From: Geosiphon pyriformis uo1
Taxonomy: Eukaryota > Fungi > Glomeromycota
Assembly (NCBI GenBank): GCA_016748015.1
Contig: JAAOMT010000706.1
Span: forward strand, 234,764-298,763
DNA: 64,000 nucleotides
Reading direction: 5' to 3'
The first letter of the stretch is position 1. Each line of letters starts with the position of its first letter. Below are positions 63,451-64,000 of this stretch, piece after piece. Both the position numbers and the translations under genes were made by a program. Under the pieces are notes generated by a model. That model did no database searches and was not told the DNA's origin. It saw only the letters and a program-made list of their open reading frames with translations.

Positions 63451-64000
63451 TGTTACTCATAGAATATAGGAAATATAATATTATTAGTCAGTAGATATTA
63501 GCCAATCAGATGTAGATATAGTAAATGTGGAATTCCAGGATTCCTCTCAGAGGAATTGCAGGATTCCAGGAATTTCAGAATTTCCCGACAAGGAATCGCA
63601 GGATTCTAAGAATTCCAGGATTCCTAGTGCAAGAAATGGAGGAATTGAGGAATCTTAATTATGTATATATAGCAGTAAGATTAAAAGCTGAAAAGACAGA
63701 CCTCTCCATTTTAGATTTAATCTAAGCAACTCTCCAAATCACAATCATCTAAATAAATTACTATTTGTTATCCCAAAATTCACATCTACTATCAACTATT
63801 TATGTTGATAATAATTGATACTTAACCACATTGGAACAATAGCTCTTGATTATGGCTATTGACGGGATACTAACTTTGTAAATTGTCTTGGTTTATTGCT
63901 TTAGATTTCTTTATTTTCTTTAATTTTCTTTGATTTTGTTACTTTGTACTAACCAAGTGATTAAAAAGCGCTGATTATTGACATCAAAAATTGCCTGGTA
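63451..64000 (+). repeat. Family B LTR (B4), runs off the window end
   Basis: TGTTACTCATAGAATATAGG start and GGAATTCC repeats, homologous to 31578 onward. Confidence 0.9.

Noticed and set aside
1-64000. Alternative genetic code explaining the in-frame stops
   Set aside because: Stops of all three types occur at different positions in different copies and derive from CAA/CAG/CGA/TGG by transition; only the RH-IN stop is shared

Overview
AT-rich, CpG-depleted eukaryotic DNA that is almost entirely nested, decayed transposons; no intact host gene, RNA gene or CRISPR array is visible. The element families resemble those I associate with Glomeromycotina fungi such as Geosiphon (recollection, not verified). 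Contents: (i) at least three related Ty3/Gypsy-type LTR retrotransposon families (here A, B, E) with TGTTA...TAACA termini and 4-bp TSDs. They share an unusual layout: long Gag, protease, Cys-rich domain, dUTPase, RT-RNaseH, a conserved STOP, a separate integrase ORF, and (A and B) an extra ORF3. A1 (589-10440) and A2 (15376-30566) are full length. (ii) A non-autonomous element D with two 1.42-kb LTRs around a 141-bp core (20240-23220), plus a solo LTR. (iii) An ORF1-only, poly(A)-tailed non-LTR insertion (16034-18334) and an APE-RT LINE (about 59266-63450). (iv) A 4.2-kb pogo/Tigger DNA transposon (38872-43109) carrying gene fragments, including a TilS-like PP-loop exon. Repeats show near-exclusively transition (C>T/G>A) decay, mostly outside CpG. 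Family letters are my labels; coordinates were read by eye and may be off by a few bases.
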